NCBI GenBank assembly: GCA_016183425.1
Contig: JACPEP010000002.1
Span: 937 to 64,936, forward strand
Source of the DNA: Chloroflexota bacterium
Lineage (GTDB): Bacteria; Chloroflexota; Dehalococcoidia; JACPEP01
DNA: 64,000 bases
Direction of reading: 5' to 3'
Translations under genes and position numbers: made by a program
In this document: in pieces, positions 48,311 through 58,700 of the stretch
How the letters are laid out: every line of letters begins with the position of its first letter
Position numbering within the stretch: position 1 is the stretch's first letter
The notes under the pieces: generated by a model
Database searches by the model: none
What the model saw: only the letters and a program-made list of their open reading frames with translations
What the model was told of the DNA's origin: nothing

Positions 48311-49778
48311 CTTCTTTTTCTCTTTTAGCCCTTTTGCGCTGTACCAGTGGCTTTTTCTCCTCGCCAGCCTTGAGAACAGCAACAAAAGGCAGGTTTCGGT
48401 ATTCCTGATGATAGTCCAGGCCGTAGCCCACCAAGAACTCATCGGGGACCTCAAAGCCCACATAGGTAAGGGGCACGTTGGCCAAGCGGCGGGCCCTTTT
48501 GCTTAGTAGGGCACATACGGCCATGTTGGCAGGGTGTTTCGCCTGTAAGTAGTTGTAAAGGTAATTCAAGGTCATCCCTGTGTCCACGATATCTTCCACG
48601 AGGATTACATCCCGATTTGTGAGGTTACTATCCAAATCCTTGGTAATTCGTAACCCACCCTGAGCATCGCTGCCATAATAGGAGATGGCCAGGAACTCTA
48701 CGGAGAGGGGCAAAGAGATGGCCCGCATTAGGTCGGCCATGAAACAGAAGACTCCCCGCAATATCCCCACCAGCACCGGGCTTCGCTCCGCATAGTCTTG
48801 AGAGATCTGCTCCCCCAACTGGCGGACCCGTTTCTGTATCTGGTGGCTGCTGATGAGCACCTGGCTCACATCCCGTGCTGGTGCTTGCCCCAATGGGCCA
48901 TAACCAAATTTGGCTAAGATGTTGTGATAGTCCCTCCGGTAAAGAAGCCTGATGTTAACCTCGGGATATTGCTCTTTGAGGCGACGTAGCTTCCGATTCT
49001 TCTCAGTGACTAGGCTCTGCTTCATGGTGGTCAACTCTACGTAGAGGTCGATGGCGGGAAGATAAAAGTCAGGAGTGAACATCTCTGTAACCCGCTCTCC
49101 ATCCCACTGAAGGGGGAAGGAACGGGGCTCATAAAGCCACTCCACATGATAAAAGTCCAAAAGTCTGGCGAACTCCTCTTCACTAGGATGCGCGAAGATA
49201 ACCGGCCGCCCGATTTTGGTGGCCAAACCATAGCCGGTGCCTGGGGTAGGGGAAGTGGGGTTTTCCACCTGGGGCGTTCTCTCCATCACCATGGCCGCTA
49301 AACGAGTCAGGCCAGACAGGAAATCGACCTCCCATGGTGAGAACTCTCTACGCTGTCGGCTGTAAACCCGCATCGTCCCCACCACCTCCCCCCGAAAGGT
49401 AAGGGGTAAGCTTACAATGCCTGTATAAAGGGAAGACAACCCTGCTTGAGGTGCCCTCTGTGAAGGCTGGAGTTGAGGATCGCTTGCCCCGTCACCCACC
49501 GTTACCACCACCCCCTCTTCCATCACCGAATTCTTGTCCATATCCAGGAACCCCTGTTTGATATAGGCGTCGCTCAGCCCATAGGTAACGCTATGCACCA
49601 GTTTTTTCCCCGTGGAATCCAAAAAGAGGATAGAGCCGGCACTGGCGGAAAGGGTGCGCACAGCACTCTTGAGGATAAGCTCCAGGCCCTCCCGTGTCCC
49701 AGAGGTAGCGCCAAGCCCGTTCAGTATTTCATAAAGTGCTTTCTGGTATCTAATTACCGTCCGGCTAACTCCAGCCAC
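48300..49778 (-). CDS. hpt: GAF + PD-(D/E)xK-like + hypoxanthine phosphoribosyltransferase fusion
   Basis: N-terminal GAF (SLPL..VVGTMRVYS); middle YEP..FTPDFYL..VEL; C-terminal HPRT VGILRG, VEDIVDTGMT, FLVGYGLDY..YRNLP. Confidence 0.85.
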   Translation of the reverse strand: MAGVSRTVIRYQKALYEILNGLGATSGTREGLELILKSAVRTLSASAGSILFLDSTGKKLVHSVTYGLSDAYIKQGFLDMDKNSVMEEGVVVTVGDGASDPQLQPSQRAPQAGLSSLYTGIVSLPLTFRGEVVGTMRVYSRQRREFSPWEVDFLSGLTRLAAMVMERTPQVENPTSPTPGTGYGLATKIGRPVIFAHPSEEEFARLLDFYHVEWLYEPRSFPLQWDGERVTEMFTPDFYLPAIDLYVELTTMKQSLVTEKNRKLRRLKEQYPEVNIRLLYRRDYHNILAKFGYGPLGQAPARDVSQVLISSHQIQKRVRQLGEQISQDYAERSPVLVGILRGVFCFMADLMRAISLPLSVEFLAISYYGSDAQGGLRITKDLDSNLTNRDVILVEDIVDTGMTLNYLYNYLQAKHPANMAVCALLSKRARRLANVPLTYVGFEVPDEFLVGYGLDYHQEYRNLPFVAVLKAGEEKKPLVQRKRAKREKEGPE

Positions 49779-50000
49779 CTCCAGCCACCCCCTTTAGTTT
49801 GAGCTACTTGAGAACTGTATCATGCCGGGTCATCTTGGGCGTAATAATACTGAGGAATTCCTTCTCTTTCCTCTGTCTCCGGCGGAAGAATCCCTCAGCA
49901 TAGCATCACTAAACATCCTCCCCTTGCTCCTCAATATTCATAACCGTTTAAAATATACCATAAGGAGCCAGAGTGCGATATGAGAGGCTGCCTCATAACC

Positions 50001-50030
50001 TTGACACTATCGGTATGGGAAAGCTATAAT
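50001..50030 (+). promoter_or_regulatory. Sigma70 promoter of the rpsU operon
   Basis: TTGACA-N18-TATAAT. Confidence 0.75.
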
Positions 50031-50090
50031 GACCCTACAAAAGAGAAGTTGTAGCAATATCGTGTTAATTATTAAAGGAAGGGAAGGTTT

Positions 50091-50273
50091 GTGACGGAGG
50101 TTATTGTCGGAGAAAACGAACCATTTGAAAGCGCTCTGAAACGGTTTAACAAACGAGTGCAGCAGGATGGCATCCTGGCCATGGCGAGACGTCGGGAGCA
50201 TTACGAAAAACCCAGTGTGAAGCGAAAGCGGAAAGAAGCGGCTAAAAGAAGAAAGAGCACTATAAGACGGTAG
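50091..50273 (+). CDS. rpsU: 30S ribosomal protein S21
   Basis: [27 protein letters not shown]. Confidence 0.97.
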   Translation: MTEVIVGENEPFESALKRFNKRVQQDGILAMARRREHYEKPSVKRKRKEAAKRRKSTIRR

Positions 50274-50304
50274 TTTCTCTTTGGCATTAGTCCCGTAGAC
50301 GAAC

Positions 50305-50763
50305 ATGGCAATCCTCCCAGATAGATTATTGACCGACCTCAAAGAATCCATGAGGTCCGGTAACGTAATAAGGCGTTCTATCCTGCGACTGGTACAGGCC
50401 GGGGTTCACAACCTGGAGATAGAAAGGAGAAAGCCGGCTGACGACGGTGATGTGCTGGCTGTAATTGCCAAAGAGGTGCGCCGTCACCGGGAAAGTATCG
50501 CCGAATTCAGCCGGGGGAAGCGTCCTGATTTGCAGATGCGGGAGGAGGCAGAGCTAGAGGTATTAATGGAATATTTACCTCAGCCCGTTTCCCAAGAGGA
50601 ATTATTAGCTTTGGTAAAGCAAGCCATTCAAGAGGCAGGGGCTCAGGGTCCCCGGGACAAGAATAAGGTCATGTCTCACCTTATGCCGCAACTTAAAGGA
50701 AGAGCGCAGGGGCAGGAGGTCAGCGCTCTGGTTACCCAGCTCTTAACTGCGTTGGGGGAGTAG
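50305..50763 (+). CDS. yqeY: GatB/YqeY domain protein
   Basis: DLKESMRSG..KEVRRHRESI.EF..G.R.DL..EE.EL..L.EYLPQ; follows rpsU. Confidence 0.88.
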   Translation: MAILPDRLLTDLKESMRSGNVIRRSILRLVQAGVHNLEIERRKPADDGDVLAVIAKEVRRHRESIAEFSRGKRPDLQMREEAELEVLMEYLPQPVSQEELLALVKQAIQEAGAQGPRDKNKVMSHLMPQLKGRAQGQEVSALVTQLLTALGE

Positions 50764-50839
50764 AAAATGATTCTCCCTCTTCCGAACGAGGGCGGGGGAG
50801 CCAAAAAAGAAGGGGGCAGGAGGAAAGCGGCTTGCTCCC

Positions 50840-53062
50840 TTGTTTTTTCCTTCCCAGAGGATAGCTGTGGCGGCTAGTTCTACTGCGTCCACCCTCAAGC
50901 TAGTTGTTTTTGTCCTGGTCCTGGGCTTGTTGCTCACCCTTGTCCTCGCCTTTCACTTCATCCCCAGTCGCTATCAGATGAAGGAAGGGGAGGTATCTCC
51001 CTATACCTTGAAGTCGCCTGTTACCAAAACCTTCACCAGCAAAGTGGCGACGGAGAGGCTGCGGGAGCAAGCGGCGATGGCTTCGCCGCCGGTTCTGGTT
51101 TATCGGCAGCAAACGCTCCCAGAACAGCTAGAGCGGTTGCGAACCATGGGGCGTCAAGTATCATCGGTGCTGGAAGCCTCTCAATTCGACCCCCAGGAAA
51201 TGAACCGGCGCTTGAAACAGATGGGAGACATACCCCTGTCTCCATCAGACATGGACCTGGCCCTGGGCTTTACTCCTCTCCAGTGGCAAGAGGTGGTGTC
51301 AGAGACACGCCGACTTTTGGTTCAAGCTTTGGGAGAGCGCCTGGCCCCCCAAGACACAGCACAGATAAAAGACGGGTTAAGGGAGAAAATCAATCCCCAG
51401 CTTGAACCGCCGCAAGTTCAGGTAACCCATGAGTTGGCGAAGGCTCTGATAGTGGCCAATATGGTCCCTGGTCAGAGCGAGACGGCCGCCGCTCAAGGGG
51501 CCGCTCGGGCTAGGGTAGCCCCCTTTGTTCTCACTATAAAAGAGGGCGAGACCATACTGCGGGATGGCGAAATAGTAGACGATCTTGCCCTAGAGAAGTT
51601 GGCGGCCGTTGGTCTGTTGATGGGCACATATCCTTGGCACTCCATGGCGGGCACCGCTATCCTGGCTCTGGCGGCAAGCGGGAGCCTGGGACTCTACCTC
51701 TACTTTCTAAAGCCACCTGCCGTCAGCACCGACCGCCGTCTTTTGCTCCTTCTCCTGGTGGTAGTGGGGGTAGTTTTGGCTGCCAAACTGGTCATTCCAG
51801 GCCGCAGTATGTATGTGTATCTCTTTCCCGTAGCTGCCGGACCGATGATCCTGGCCACTCTTCTGGACGTTTCGGTAGCCGTTCCCGTCATTGCCTTGCT
51901 CAGCATCCTGGTGAGCTACGTGGCCGGTTTCTCTTTCGGCTCTGTAAACGTGGCCTTGGGCCAGCCCTTGGATGCTTTGCAGCGGATGATGGTGTATTTG
52001 GTTGGCGGCCTGGTGGGAGTTCTCCTGGCCTGGAAGGCGCAACGCCTAAGCCGCTTCTTTTGGGCGGCGGTGGGCATTACCCTGGCCACTTTTCTAGTTC
52101 TGGTGGGTTTCTGGCTTCTGGGTGGGGAGCGCCAGGTCTCCACCCTGGGCTGGTACGTCCTGGCTTCCCTGGGCAACGGTACCCTCTCTTCTCTGCTGAC
52201 CATCGGGGCCTTTGTTTTATTGGGGTTAGTCTTCGGCATCATGACTCCATGGCATATTATGGAGTTGGCGCAGCTCAACCATCCTCTCATGCGGCGCCTG
52301 GTTCAGGAGGCACCGGGAACTTACTATCACAGCCTTATCGTGGGTAATCTGGGGGAGGGGGCGGCGGAGGCGGTGGGAGCCGATTCTCTCCTCGTTAGGG
52401 TGGGAGCCTACTATCATGATGTGGGCAAAGTGCTTCGTCCTGGTTTCTTTATCGAAAACCAGTTGGATGGACACAATCCCCACGAAGCCCTACAGCCCAT
52501 GGACAGCGCCGCCATTGTTATCGCCCACGTGGCCGAAGGCCAGGGGCTGGCCAAGAGCTACCACCTGCCGACCAGAATTCGCGACTTTATAGCGGAACAT
52601 CATGGCACCCGCCTGGCATCATATTTTTATCGGCGAGCCCAAAGGCAGGGAAGGGAGGTGGACCCCGGTCCCTATACCTATCCTGGCCCTCGACCCCAGA
52701 CCAGGGAAACGGCCATCATTATGCTGGCCGATTCTGTGGAGGCGGTGGTGCGCAGCAGCCACGATCACTCTCCACAAAAGGTGGATGAGCTGGTGGATCA
52801 GGTGATAGACGAAAGCTTGGCAGAGGGGCAGCTGAACGAGTGCGACCTCACCCTGCGAAACCTGAAGCGTATCCGAGAGGTCTTCAAGGTTACTCTTAGG
52901 GGGGTGTACCACCCTCGCATAGAATATCCTCCCCAGCCTCCCGCCACCCCTCTCAGGGTTCCCCGGCGCGGTAGGCGCTGGTTTTCCCGCGCTGCCGCGG
53001 AGGACGGGCCTTCGCATTCATCGCCGGTGGGGCCAGCCAATAAGGCCGGGGGAGAACAGTGA
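50840..53062 (+). CDS. 7TM-HD phosphohydrolase (PgpH-like c-di-AMP phosphodiesterase)
   Basis: Extracytoplasmic domain, 7 [29 protein letters not shown]. Confidence 0.88.
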   Translation: MFFPSQRIAVAASSTASTLKLVVFVLVLGLLLTLVLAFHFIPSRYQMKEGEVSPYTLKSPVTKTFTSKVATERLREQAAMASPPVLVYRQQTLPEQLERLRTMGRQVSSVLEASQFDPQEMNRRLKQMGDIPLSPSDMDLALGFTPLQWQEVVSETRRLLVQALGERLAPQDTAQIKDGLREKINPQLEPPQVQVTHELAKALIVANMVPGQSETAAAQGAARARVAPFVLTIKEGETILRDGEIVDDLALEKLAAVGLLMGTYPWHSMAGTAILALAASGSLGLYLYFLKPPAVSTDRRLLLLLLVVVGVVLAAKLVIPGRSMYVYLFPVAAGPMILATLLDVSVAVPVIALLSILVSYVAGFSFGSVNVALGQPLDALQRMMVYLVGGLVGVLLAWKAQRLSRFFWAAVGITLATFLVLVGFWLLGGERQVSTLGWYVLASLGNGTLSSLLTIGAFVLLGLVFGIMTPWHIMELAQLNHPLMRRLVQEAPGTYYHSLIVGNLGEGAAEAVGADSLLVRVGAYYHDVGKVLRPGFFIENQLDGHNPHEALQPMDSAAIVIAHVAEGQGLAKSYHLPTRIRDFIAEHHGTRLASYFYRRAQRQGREVDPGPYTYPGPRPQTRETAIIMLADSVEAVVRSSHDHSPQKVDELVDQVIDESLAEGQLNECDLTLRNLKRIREVFKVTLRGVYHPRIEYPPQPPATPLRVPRRGRRWFSRAAAEDGPSHSSPVGPANKAGGEQ

Positions 53063-53742
53063 GGTTTGGGGTTGTTGTATTTCCGGGCACCCAATGCGAT
53101 AGGGACTGCCATCACGTACTAGACAAAGTTCTGGGACAAAAAGTTGATTACGTCTGGCACCGAGAGACCAAGCTATCCCCCTACGATGTTATTGTTCTAC
53201 CCGGGGGATTTTCCTACGGCGACTATCTGCGTTCTGGCGCCATCGCCCGTTTTTCCCCTGTGATGGAGGCGGTAGCCGAGGCGGTGGCCTCGGGGAAGCT
53301 CGTCATTGGGATTTGTAACGGTTTCCAAATCCTCTGCGAGGCTGGCCTTCTCCCCGGCGCTCTTCTCCGCAACGATAGCCTCCAGTTCCGCTGCCAGTGG
53401 GTGAACCTGCGGGTGGAAAACGTTGCTACCGCCTTCACCTCCTCCTGCCAGCCGGGACAGGTGCTGCGCATCCCTATCGCTCACGGCGAGGGGCGCTACT
53501 ACGCCGATGAGGACACTCTGGCTCAGCTTGAGGCGGAGGGTCAGGTGGTTCTGCGCTATTGCAACGCCCAAGGAGAGCTGATAGAGGAGGCCAACCCCAA
53601 CGGTTCGCTGAACTATATCGCTGGCATCGTTAACCGAGAAAGGAACGTTTTTGGCCTTATGCCCCACCCTGAGCGAGCCAGCGAGGCGATGTTGGGAGGG
53701 GAGGATGGGCTTTATCTCTTTCGGTCGCTGTTGGTAAGCTAA
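53059..53742 (+). CDS. purQ: FGAM synthase glutaminase subunit
   Basis: [40 protein letters not shown]. Confidence 0.97.
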   Translation: MRFGVVVFPGTQCDRDCHHVLDKVLGQKVDYVWHRETKLSPYDVIVLPGGFSYGDYLRSGAIARFSPVMEAVAEAVASGKLVIGICNGFQILCEAGLLPGALLRNDSLQFRCQWVNLRVENVATAFTSSCQPGQVLRIPIAHGEGRYYADEDTLAQLEAEGQVVLRYCNAQGELIEEANPNGSLNYIAGIVNRERNVFGLMPHPERASEAMLGGEDGLYLFRSLLVS

Positions 53743-53829
53743 GGGAAGGGAAAGCCAACCGTCCTGGGCAGGGAGCCTGGCCCAGCATGTTTGGGGAGAT
53801 CGGGCCAGGCGTTAGTCTGAAGTCGAGAA

Positions 53830-54318
53830 CTACATAACGGGCGTCTGGGCACGGCTCTGCGACCATTGGGATGGTCTTTTTGCCAGGAAGAAGCTCCACG
53901 CGCTTGCTGCTAGCAGCCCCACAAGGCTAACGAAATAGAGGGGCTCCGACATCCACACATAGATGCTGACGTACATGGCCGTGCTAGTGGCCAGGGTCAA
54001 GGCAAGGATGTGAGGACGCCGGTGACCGCGATAGGCCAGGTAGGAAGCCACGACACTGATGGTGAGCAGAGTGACCAGAAGCGGCTGGGCTACTGCGTTG
54101 GGCACCTGGTTCAGGACGTCTAGACCCAGGCGGTCGAAGAAGCGTGGGATGATGAAGAAGGCAGACACTCCGCTTGAGGATGCCCCTATACTTCCCATGC
54201 CTGCCATGCTCGCTGCTTCGGCCGTCCCGGCGGCGGCCAGCGCAGCCCCCACGCTACTCATACAGACTACAGACACACCACTGGAACAGAAGCTGCAAAC
54301 AGCATCCAGGCGCCGCAT
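53830..54318 (-). CDS. Membrane protein with N-terminal CxxC (MerC/MerT-like)
   Basis: VCSFC..VC, several TM helices, downstream of an HMA protein. Confidence 0.55.
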   Translation of the reverse strand: MRRLDAVCSFCSSGVSVVCMSSVGAALAAAGTAEAASMAGMGSIGASSSGVSAFFIIPRFFDRLGLDVLNQVPNAVAQPLLVTLLTISVVASYLAYRGHRRPHILALTLATSTAMYVSIYVWMSEPLYFVSLVGLLAASAWSFFLAKRPSQWSQSRAQTPVM

Positions 54319-54366
54319 CTTCTCACCGCTCCTCTTGGATGGAACCTCTACTGCCTGCCAGACATC

Positions 54367-54603
54367 TCACCCACTCGACGGCCCCAATTTTGGCGCCACG
54401 GTGTACCCCAAAAATTCGAGCTTTGCCAGCACATCCCGCAGGGGCGTCTTTTCCTGGTCTAGGGCGAGCACGATCTTCTGGGTTTTGCGGCTCGCCTTGA
54501 CCTTCTGAACCCCGGGCAGTTTGGCCAGGGCTCCCTGAATACGGCTCTCGCATCCGCTGCAATGTATCGCATTACCCGCTACCATCAGTTCCAGCGTATC
54601 CAT
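54367..54603 (-). CDS. HMA-domain metallochaperone (CopZ/MerP-like)
   Basis: IHCSGCESRI..LPGV. Confidence 0.88.
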   Translation of the reverse strand: MDTLELMVAGNAIHCSGCESRIQGALAKLPGVQKVKASRKTQKIVLALDQEKTPLRDVLAKLEFLGYTVAPKLGPSSG

Positions 54604-54649
54604 ATAGTTACTCCAGTCTCAGCATGATCCGGTGTTGTGGCGTAAAGTG

Positions 54650-55549
54650 CTAGAAGAAGAAAGGAAAGAAGATTCTGGCGAACCAATCGTTGCCCTGGAG
54701 GACGAAGGCCACCGTCAGGGCTCCGACCACCAGCATAATCGCCCCGCTTACCCGCCTGATGACCGGGATGCCCACTCTGAGCCGCTTGGTAAGTGGCGCT
54801 CCGGAAATGCCCACCAGCGCTGTGACTATGACCATCAGGAGGCCCATAGTTCCGGAAAACACCAGGAAGGCGCCGAAGGCGGTCCAAAAACCGCCGGCGG
54901 TAAGGGCATAGAACACCAGGGCCAGCAGGAGAGCCCCGGTACACCCGATCCCGATGAGGTTGTAGAGGGCCCCGTATAGAAAGGTGGCCCGCGCAGGGTG
55001 TTGGCGAGATGCCTCACCTGTTCCTATCAGGCCACCCAAGCGAGCAAGGGGGCCCAGGCTCAAACTGAGGTTCAGGAGGTAAATGGCCCCGAGATAGGCG
55101 ACGAAAGCCCCACCGATCAGCCGTGGTGCAAGGATGATCCAGGGGTCTTGCCTGGGGTCCGGGCTAAAGGGAGCCGCATTCCCCAGGGAGGCAACTACTA
55201 GGCCCAGGAACCCGTTAATGGCCAGGAGCCCCAAGGCGCCGAGAAAGCCTAGATAGAGGGACCTGACTAACCGTGTTTCTCTGCCCTGCGCCTGTAGCTG
55301 GTAGGTCATGTAGCCTGGCAGCAAGGGGAAGGCGCAAGGGGAGAAAAAGGCAGCTACCCCCATCACCGCTGCCAAAGTGATCACATCCACCCTCGCGAAA
55401 GCCTGGGGAAGCATCAGCCTGTAGACAAAGCCAAGGAACCCTAGTTGGTATCCAAGCACCCCCAGGAACGCAGCGCCCAAAGCGAGGAGCACCGCGACCA
55501 AGTAGCCAGGCTCCAACGGCACCCTTCTCGTTTCTGCTGCTTTCGCCAT
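54650..55549 (-). CDS. CcdA/DsbD-like cytochrome c biogenesis / thiol-transfer membrane protein
   Basis: FFSPCAFPLLPGY and GIGCTG. Confidence 0.85.
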   Translation of the reverse strand: MAKAAETRRVPLEPGYLVAVLLALGAAFLGVLGYQLGFLGFVYRLMLPQAFARVDVITLAAVMGVAAFFSPCAFPLLPGYMTYQLQAQGRETRLVRSLYLGFLGALGLLAINGFLGLVVASLGNAAPFSPDPRQDPWIILAPRLIGGAFVAYLGAIYLLNLSLSLGPLARLGGLIGTGEASRQHPARATFLYGALYNLIGIGCTGALLLALVFYALTAGGFWTAFGAFLVFSGTMGLLMVIVTALVGISGAPLTKRLRVGIPVIRRVSGAIMLVVGALTVAFVLQGNDWFARIFFPFFF

Positions 55550-55550
55550 T

Positions 55551-55751
55551 CTAATTACCTCCTATGTAGAGTCCACTCTTTGATAGATAAATGAATTCCA
55601 GCCGACGCACGTCTTGGTCCGGGTACATCCGGTAACCGGACTCCGTGCGACTGGTCCTGGGTATTAGCCCCAAGAGTTCGTAGTAGCGAATGGCTTTGGT
55701 AGTGAGGCCGGTAGCTTTGGCTAGCTCGCCTATTCTCAGGCTTCTTTTCAT
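55551..55751 (-). pseudogene. MerR-family regulator truncated after the HTH
   Basis: LRIGELAKATG..AIRYYE..GYRMY..RRLEFI then unrelated residues and stop; no coiled coil or sensing domain. Confidence 0.8.
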
Positions 55752-56034
55752 GGAACGGCACCTCTTTCTTTCTCAGACACATATTCTAAGTCTATTTTGC
55801 ATATCTCGTCATAGGGCATATTTATCCTGTTAAGCCAGGCAATGAAGCTTTCCCTATCAGGCGCGCCTCCACCTGACAAATGACTCGCCCTGTGCTAGAG
55901 TCATAATGTGTTGCCAGAAGCTGGATATTTAATGTCTGAAATGCGTCCTGTTGAGCCATTTCCAGCATCTCCCTGGTAAACCCCGGCGGGCTGTGCAGTC
56001 CTATAAACTTAGCCATGTTTTCCTCCCTCATCAT
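55748..56034 (-). pseudogene. DUF4242-like small protein, frameshifted by a CG insertion near 55862
   Basis: VICQVEA continues as PDRESFIAWLNRINMPYDEICKIDLE if 2 nt are removed from GCGCG; the restored stop overlaps the MerR ATG (ATGA). Confidence 0.7.
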
Positions 56035-56064
56035 TTTTTATTGAATTACAACCGCTCTCATCCT

Positions 56065-57237
56065 TCACGGTGAGAAAACTCGGGTCTGGAGCTGAAAAAC
56101 CGCCCAGGCGAACCAGAAATGGTCGCCGTGGATGATGGGCTCAAGTCGCTTCCCCTGGAGGGGCCCCTCAATCCCTTGGCCCAATAGGTTCCACGAGGTG
56201 TTGGTCTCCTTATCCCGAAAGGTGGCGCCGTCCCATCGGAAGGTCAGGCTTCTCCCATCCACCACCCGGTCGAAGACCCCGGTGGCCCCCACATCCCTCC
56301 CCTGGGGGATGGCCTCCGTATCCAGGGCTGAGGCAGTGCCCTTCTTGAAAAGCACCACTAGGCCTCGGCCTCCAACTTCGTCATGGATGACCTTCTCCTT
56401 TTCCAGCACCGAGTAGGGGTAGGCCACCGCCTCCCGGCCTAGGGCCACCGTGACCACCCTTTCCATGGGCTTGAGCCTCCCATCCGCGGGACCCTGATAG
56501 AGGAAGGGAGGCTGGTCGATGTCATCGTAGCCCACGTAAGGGTTCCTTCCATAGGAGCGGCTGTGTCCCGTGTTCTTGGAGAGGACCTGGCCCCGGGGGT
56601 GGGCCGCCTTGAACTCGGCCCAAGAGATAAGAGAGGCCGGGAGGAAGGTAAGCCGCTTCCCGGTAAGCTGGCCAACTATAGCCTCCCCGGTGGCCTGCTG
56701 CCACCACGATTCGGTCTGGCGATCATACATCACTAGGTCGCTGAAGCGCAGCTTGCCCGTGGTGCCGAAATCGTATAATCGCCCCTCCAACTCCCGTTCG
56801 AAGGCGATGGCGGTGTGGCACAACGGGCAAAAGGTTATCACCACTAGCTTCCCCCCCACCACATCATTGACTATCTCGTGCCAAATGAGGATTTGGACGG
56901 GGTAGGCCCGAGCATCTCCGTTAAACTCGTAAAAAACCACCGGTTCCCTATTCTCCAGCCAGGATTCAGACATGGCCACCGAGACAAATTCGGGCCTGTC
57001 GATGGCCGGGATGCCATCTTTGGGCGGCCCACCAGACATTATCTCCGAGTAGGGGGCACTGTGGCGGGAGAAATCGGTCTTCCAGTCCGAGGTGGCGAAA
57101 GTAGGCTCATCTCTTACAAGGTCGGCGGCCTTCTCGCGAGTGGGACTAGGAGTGGAGGTAACCCCAGGGGCAGTGCAGGCAACGAGCCATCCCACTGCCA
57201 CCCACATTACCAGCCCTAATCCAGCCTTGCCAATCAA
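56065..57237 (-). CDS. DUF3179 family lipoprotein
   Basis: Lipobox LVAC; GGPPKDGIPAID, RAYP.QIL.WHEIVND, FCPLC, MYDRQTESWWQQ, FWFAW. Confidence 0.9.
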   Translation of the reverse strand: MIGKAGLGLVMWVAVGWLVACTAPGVTSTPSPTREKAADLVRDEPTFATSDWKTDFSRHSAPYSEIMSGGPPKDGIPAIDRPEFVSVAMSESWLENREPVVFYEFNGDARAYPVQILIWHEIVNDVVGGKLVVITFCPLCHTAIAFERELEGRLYDFGTTGKLRFSDLVMYDRQTESWWQQATGEAIVGQLTGKRLTFLPASLISWAEFKAAHPRGQVLSKNTGHSRSYGRNPYVGYDDIDQPPFLYQGPADGRLKPMERVVTVALGREAVAYPYSVLEKEKVIHDEVGGRGLVVLFKKGTASALDTEAIPQGRDVGATGVFDRVVDGRSLTFRWDGATFRDKETNTSWNLLGQGIEGPLQGKRLEPIIHGDHFWFAWAVFQLQTRVFSP

Positions 57238-57420
57238 CTTCCACCCCTTGCAGCCCCTTGAGTTACTAGCACACCGGGGCTAGGGTGTGACAAGGGCTTT
57301 GTCCAACGGACGCTCAAAGTCTGCGAAGGCCTTGGGTCGGCACGGCGGACGACTCTCTGGTGGACCTCAGAGTAGTCTTCTTGTATGCCCAGGCGCTCTG
57401 AGTAGACCAGGCGCAGCCGC

Positions 57421-57961
57421 TCATCCCAGGCGGGAGCCGCTTCTATAGCGCACCAGCTCCTCCATCGCCTCCCGCTCCTCTTGATGGCGGGTCCACTGGG
57501 AGCGGAAGAAGATGCGTCCCGGCGGTAAATGATATAGATCATGTTGGGAGCGTGCCCTAAGTCTGGGGTATCTGCCCGCCAGATATGATGGGCAAGGCGA
57601 TGCCCTCCTGCTGACGGCAGTCGGCGGCATGCCTTTGCTCCTGTTCGTAGGAGGCTTGGTGAGGGTAGTTCTCCCCTGGGTGGGGGTCCCGGGTACAGAT
57701 GGTGAAGAACTCTACCCCCTGGGGTCGGAACTCCCGATAAAACTGCTCCATTGACGGCACCTCCGCCACAAATGGCGGTTATCAGGTAGGGCCCCGAACT
57801 CCAAGAGAGCGTGGGCCTTGCCACCGGAGGTCTGAGAGGCGGGCCCTTGGGCCGTCCAAGGTGCGCCCGATGAAGTCGGGTGCCTCATCGCTTGCCCGAA
57901 AGAAGTCCCGCCATCGCCGAAAGAGGCGAAAGAGGTTCCGCACCGATGTTCCTAATCTCAC
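57421..57961 (-). pseudogene. Deiodinase-like thioredoxin-fold selenoprotein gene, multiply frameshifted (copy 1)
   Basis: APDF.GRTLDG..RLSDL, (G)KAHALLEFGA, T-TGA(57784-57782)-TAA-PPFV, DPHPGENYPH, PNMIYII; pieces lie in different frames. Confidence 0.75.
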
Positions 57962-58057
57962 TGTAATCTCCTTTTGTGGCGGGGAGTCCTCTTCCAGCGT
58001 TGCCCGGTAGGTCCACCGCCTTTTCACTACATTCTAGTCCAGGCTCCGCCCTCTTTC

Positions 58058-58073
58058 TGTAGTCTATCCTACT
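58058..58073. promoter_or_regulatory. GTA-N8-TAC box; TAGAAT -10 lies 22 nt downstream on the minus strand
   Basis: TGTA-GTCTATCC-TACT; -10 at 58036-58031. Confidence 0.6.
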
Positions 58074-58575
58074 ACAATGTGCCCCTGCTGTAATAGGCGC
58101 CAAGGACGATCCCGTAGATCAGGTGCCCTATCAAGGCACCCACAGCTCCCATGGGGCCCAGATTGGCAGCAAAGAAGCCTGGCCCCATCATGGAGCCAGT
58201 ACTAATGAGCGGGTGTATCATATTCATCATGGGCAGCACCATCACCATCATTGCCAGCCACGGGAAGAGGCTGTAGAGGGCACCCCTCAGCCACCCCGGC
58301 CCCTTGAGGCGAGGAGCCACCAAATAGGCGTAAACCAGGGCCAGGAACATGCTCCCGATGAGGAAATGCATGACCAATCCCAGCCAGAAGGCGGCACCCA
58401 TGTCGTTGACGAACATGGTGCCGAGGAGAGCCGGTATATCCATGGGCGGGAAGCCCATGAGGGGCCCCATGTATAGCAGGGCCGTCATGGCCAGTGTCCC
58501 CAGGAAACCACCGACCACGGCCCGAGGCCAGGAGGATGTCCTGTGCCCTTGCCAAACCGATGTTGCTAAGGTCAT
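58072..58575 (-). CDS. Met-rich integral membrane protein (DUF6789-like)
   Basis: GGFLGTLAMT, MDIPALLG, VMHFLIG, GHLIYG. Confidence 0.75.
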   Translation of the reverse strand: MTLATSVWQGHRTSSWPRAVVGGFLGTLAMTALLYMGPLMGFPPMDIPALLGTMFVNDMGAAFWLGLVMHFLIGSMFLALVYAYLVAPRLKGPGWLRGALYSLFPWLAMMVMVLPMMNMIHPLISTGSMMGPGFFAANLGPMGAVGALIGHLIYGIVLGAYYSRGTL

Positions 58576-58673
58576 TGTAAACTCCTTTTGCTAGAGGGTC
58601 TTCATCTATGACGTTATCTAGAAGAGACCTTGCCCTTAAACTTCAGTTCATTGTAGCTTAAGATTACTTGCCT

Positions 58674-58697
58674 CTACTGTAGGACAACCTACAGTAG
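58674..58697. promoter_or_regulatory. Palindromic TGTA-N8-TACA box; TACAAT -10 lies 23 nt downstream on the minus strand
   Basis: CTACTGTAGG-ACAA-CCTACAGTAG; could also act as terminator of the cytochrome c gene. Confidence 0.6.
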
Positions 58698-58700
58698 TAG

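Noticed and set aside
57421-57961. Functional selenoprotein via TGA readthrough
   Set aside because: An extra stop and several frameshifts remain even if TGA is read as Sec
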